DNA of 62,288 nucleotides, filler included, from Asterionella formosa (Eukaryota): NCBI GenBank assembly GCA_002256025.1. It is 4 parts of 4 records of this genome, joined end to end, with 100 filler letters (N's around TTAATTAATTAA, not from the genome) between each part and the next. Parts side by side here need not be neighbours in the genome. Positions count along the whole stretch, not along the records: positions 46,807 to 62,288 come from NKIB01005420.1; 3 more parts are not named here. One strand, 5' to 3'. Shown piece by piece: positions 58,764 to 62,288 of this stretch (position 1 is its first letter; each line of letters starts with the position of its first letter). The notes under the pieces were generated by a model. It saw only the letters and a program-made list of their open reading frames with translations, ran no database searches and was not told where the DNA came from. The position numbers and the translations under genes were made by a program.

Positions 58764-59808
58764 CAAAGTAGACAAATGCTTCACAGCGGATAGGAATACT
58801 ATTATTTAAAAGTTCATGCTGATCCAATCATCAATATATCAACAATTATTAAGTGATCATTGATTGTCTTGGGTTCAGAAATGAGCAAAGCCATAAAATA
58901 ACATTTCAACTTCTGGAGGGAAATATCAAATTGCAGCTCATGCTGCCATTCCACCTACTGATGGTGGCTCAATCACGTGTACTAGAATTTACAAGCAATG
59001 TATTTCGGGTGGGAATTTATTTTGTTCGTTTATAGTCGTATAATGTCTTGAAACTCCTGTAGCTTCCTTCGAAAAGAGAGTTGATGCGGTGGTCCCCTCC
59101 ACGCTGAGCCAAAATGTGAAGCGCTTCATTATCGATTCGATATGTTCACGAATTCCAGAACCTGGGGGACACCCAGCAATTGAAGGAATCCTGAACATGG
59201 GATGCGTTACTTACCATGAGAGCATCATAAATTGCCTTCCATCCAGGATCACAAAGAACCCACTTTGGATTCAGCTGGAAAGCGTAGCCCTCATTGATTT
59301 TGCTATTCAGAATCTGTTGTAAACCTAAAAAAATCCACATCCCTCCCAGGTGGATCGTCTTTGGTATTCAATTCGTCACCAATAACTAAAAAACGCTCCT
59401 CCAGTTCTTGCGGAAAGTGAAACGGATGAGGGAAACTTCATCAAAGAAGCGTGAAATTTGATAACGAAGGTCAGATTGCCGACAGGAGCGGACCCAGTTC
59501 TTGAGACGTTACGACTTGGCACCAACGTCCCAAATGTGGTAACTTTGCTAAATCGTCAACTGTTATTTGCACTGACGATCTTTTGGTCACCATGATTGAG
59601 CTACATCTCCGGCTATAAACGGATTTCCGTGTTAATTCTTCGTCAACGGAATACTAGATGATAGAGTTCAATACTTTTGAGAAGTTTACTAATTGATCAA
59701 TGCTTTACATAGTTTGTATTTCTCGGACAAATATATGCAATCCAAGTGTATAAATATAGTTGAAATTCATGCATCTTAATTTCCTTTTTGCAATAGGGAA
59801 AATATTTC

Positions 59809-61602
59809 TCATGGGATATGAATGACCATGGCTGGGTCTCGTTTCAAGAGCGTGTAAATGACTTCAACGTCAAAGTTTTGATTCGTAGCAGCATGTTGAA
59901 ATGGGTAGAGGCCCGACGATGGTAGTCGACGGTGAATGGAGTCGGGAAATGTTCTAACCAACAACATGACATTGGATGTCAAGACGGCCTTGGCCGTCTT
60001 GTCGCTAAGAGGTACATCGTTCTCAAGGGCGTAGTGCAATGCGAGTCGGCCAGTCGAATCCATCACTTCCGTTGCCTTGGGGAATGTTTGTACCAATTGT
60101 TCCACCCACAACTGATGATCACTAGCATCATAAAGCCTCGAATGGGGTACAATTTCCTCATTTGACATTACAGAGTGATGTAGGGGTAATCTTCCGTCCT
60201 TATCAACTGTAAATACTTGCTTAGGATACAAAAATTGAAACAATTGCATCAGCGGCGCTGCCAAACATGGTCCAGGCAATCGGCAAAGCATCGATGCTGC
60301 ATGTAAAAAGTTTTCAAAAGAATCGTTGCAGTCACCAGCACATTGCACTAGTTTCTTGATTCGGTACAAGACAGTCCCCAATTTACAAGGTGAATCGCTA
60401 TCCACCACCTGCTTAACAGCCTGTTGCAGCAAGTCTCGGCATGCATTTTCCAATCTAGCTTCTCGAGGAAAGGCTTGGGCAGGAAGGGGAAGGTAAATTC
60501 TTCCTTCCGACATGTTTCGTCCCAGTTCCATATGTCGCATCCATTCCAAGTCAATGCATGTATATCCCGCCTTATTGGTCGTCCAGAGGAGATTTCGTGG
60601 AGTATTCGCAACGAGAATACTCCAAATGGGCATGGAACTGCCGCAGGTGCATGCCACGTGGAGTGGCAAATCTCCATACACATTGGTTTCGGACAAGAGC
60701 TTCCCCGTCTTGTCGGTATCCACCAAGAATTGAATCACATCAAGACAATCTCCAAAGTTTCGTAGTGCCAAATGTAATAGATTGCATGACGTCAACTTGG
60801 ATACTTGGTAAAGTGTCAATGGATCTTTCTCAATACTGTACTTGACAACTTGAATCACTTGTTCTGTATTGTCACATGGTCCCAAGGAGAAGAGCATCGG
60901 AGCAATATCTGGTGACTTTCTGTGCTTGGGGTCTTCTTTGGAATAGAAATCAATCAAGGTCTTGAGCAGTTCCATCGACTTGATTGAATTTCTCCCCTTG
61001 GAAAGGTACATGCAGGCAATATGGATAGGAGAATCTGAGTGATGCATGTCATGATATGCTTCCTTCGCCCCTTCCTCTTGGTCCAAGAACAGTTGAAGTA
61101 GTTCTGTTGTACATAGCGGGTTACCTACAAGTGCATGAAGGGGGGTATAGTGTAACGGAAAGCCCGAGCAGCGTGCACTGATTTGGGAAGGCGACACGTG
61201 GACAAGTTCCTTGATCAGGTCCGCCCAGACCCCACGTTCTTCCTTCTTGACGGCACTTGCACAACACACCAGCAAAAGAGCAGTTGGTTCAAATTGTTGT
61301 TCTTCCAAACAATTACGTTTCAAGGGACTTAGAAATGGCGGAGTTCCCACCAATAACATGGGCGCTGCTTCTTCTGGGTGTGAATTGACGCGTTGCAAGG
61401 CATAATTCCACTGTCCTGCTCGACAGTGCTGGATCAACATGGACGAGCCGTCGTCTGCAGTATTTGTATTAGTGCTAGTAGTATGCTCTTGTTTGCGTTT
61501 GATGGGAGAGGATATTCGCTTCTTCTTGTTGTGCATCCTGTTATAGTCAGAGGACGATGGCGGTGAATCAAACGTAATGAATGAAGCTCTCCGCTCGTCC
61601 AT
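59809..61602 (-). CDS. Diatom-type ankyrin-like repeat protein
   Basis: GDLPLHVAC, GRLPLHH, GRLALHYA and GLYPFQHAA...VIYTLLKRDP motifs. Confidence 0.75.
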   Translation of the reverse strand: MDERRASFITFDSPPSSSDYNRMHNKKKRISSPIKRKQEHTTSTNTNTADDGSSMLIQHCRAGQWNYALQRVNSHPEEAAPMLLVGTPPFLSPLKRNCLEEQQFEPTALLLVCCASAVKKEERGVWADLIKELVHVSPSQISARCSGFPLHYTPLHALVGNPLCTTELLQLFLDQEEGAKEAYHDMHHSDSPIHIACMYLSKGRNSIKSMELLKTLIDFYSKEDPKHRKSPDIAPMLFSLGPCDNTEQVIQVVKYSIEKDPLTLYQVSKLTSCNLLHLALRNFGDCLDVIQFLVDTDKTGKLLSETNVYGDLPLHVACTCGSSMPIWSILVANTPRNLLWTTNKAGYTCIDLEWMRHMELGRNMSEGRIYLPLPAQAFPREARLENACRDLLQQAVKQVVDSDSPCKLGTVLYRIKKLVQCAGDCNDSFENFLHAASMLCRLPGPCLAAPLMQLFQFLYPKQVFTVDKDGRLPLHHSVMSNEEIVPHSRLYDASDHQLWVEQLVQTFPKATEVMDSTGRLALHYALENDVPLSDKTAKAVLTSNVMLLVRTFPDSIHRRLPSSGLYPFQHAATNQNFDVEVIYTLLKRDPAMVIHIP

Positions 61603-62288
61603 GATTGTGAGTGATTGCAACAATGTATCGTTATATGTGCGTTTGCTTCTGAATAATGTATACCCGGCAGTCAGAGGGGTGGGGATCAGTGTTATAGATG
61701 GTTATAGATGTTTGTTCGATTTTCAGGAGAAGAACATGGTCCAAATTGAGAGAGGTCAGAACATGGATTGTTTTCGCCCACACTTGCGGTGAGCGACATT
61801 TCCGAAGCATCAGGATCGCTAATAAAATATATTTAGGGACGGATTCACAACAATTTATCAGAATAGCTGTCGTAGTTGCTCATATCATACATGTATATTT
61901 ATAGGATGGTGAATATAAATGTTCTACAGACTGTGAGAGTGGGTAAATAGGATATACGGGTATGTCTAAACACAAAGACAAGTTTTGTTTGACTATAGCA
62001 CTTACATAAAAATGATCACATATCCCCGTCTAATATCATATGTACATGTGATTTCAAATTGCTTTTTAATACAGGATACAAAAATAAAACTATATACAAT
62101 GCTTAATATAATAATCAAAGTTGCTAATATACGTGAACATATACCCCGAAAAGATATTGCATGGATACCTTATAGAAATACTTTTTCACATTTGTATGAG
62201 GGCAGGGAGGGCCTTGACTACCAGGTATTCCGTATTTTTTAACCGTTTACTCACTCGTAGACTATCGAAATCGAGGAAATAGAAACAT

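Noticed and set aside
58850..59600. Short ORFs between the two ankyrin genes
   Set aside because: No continuous frame or recognisable domain.

Overview
Eukaryotic nuclear DNA, almost certainly from a diatom: short GT-AG introns, a DUF6824 protein, ASAFAP-like plastid-targeting N-termini, and a CryptonS-type element. The window is not one locus. It is four scaffolds (1-15519, 15620-31113, 31214-46706, 46807-62288; 15519/15494/15493/15482 bp, decreasing) joined by artificial N44-TTAATTAATTAA-N44 linkers. About 19 genes are recognisable, including organellar AsnRS, EF-1beta, HemK, ARP4, a BET bromodomain protein, a CWF19L1-like protein, RPL7a, a bZIP factor, a GNAT, a COG3899-type ATPase and ankyrin/TPR proteins. 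Between them lie many transposon relics. The most notable signals are: (i) a tRNA-derived SINE family with two copies, each flanked by a perfect TSD, one inserted into a Crypton relic; (ii) a second tRNA-headed repeat family; (iii) two different decayed Crypton tyrosine-recombinase elements; (iv) a pseudogene resembling bacterial RWGDY-motif secreted proteins; (v) dense GGTACC/TACCGGTA palindrome clusters upstream of genes. All family assignments come from reading motifs by eye; no database search was run.
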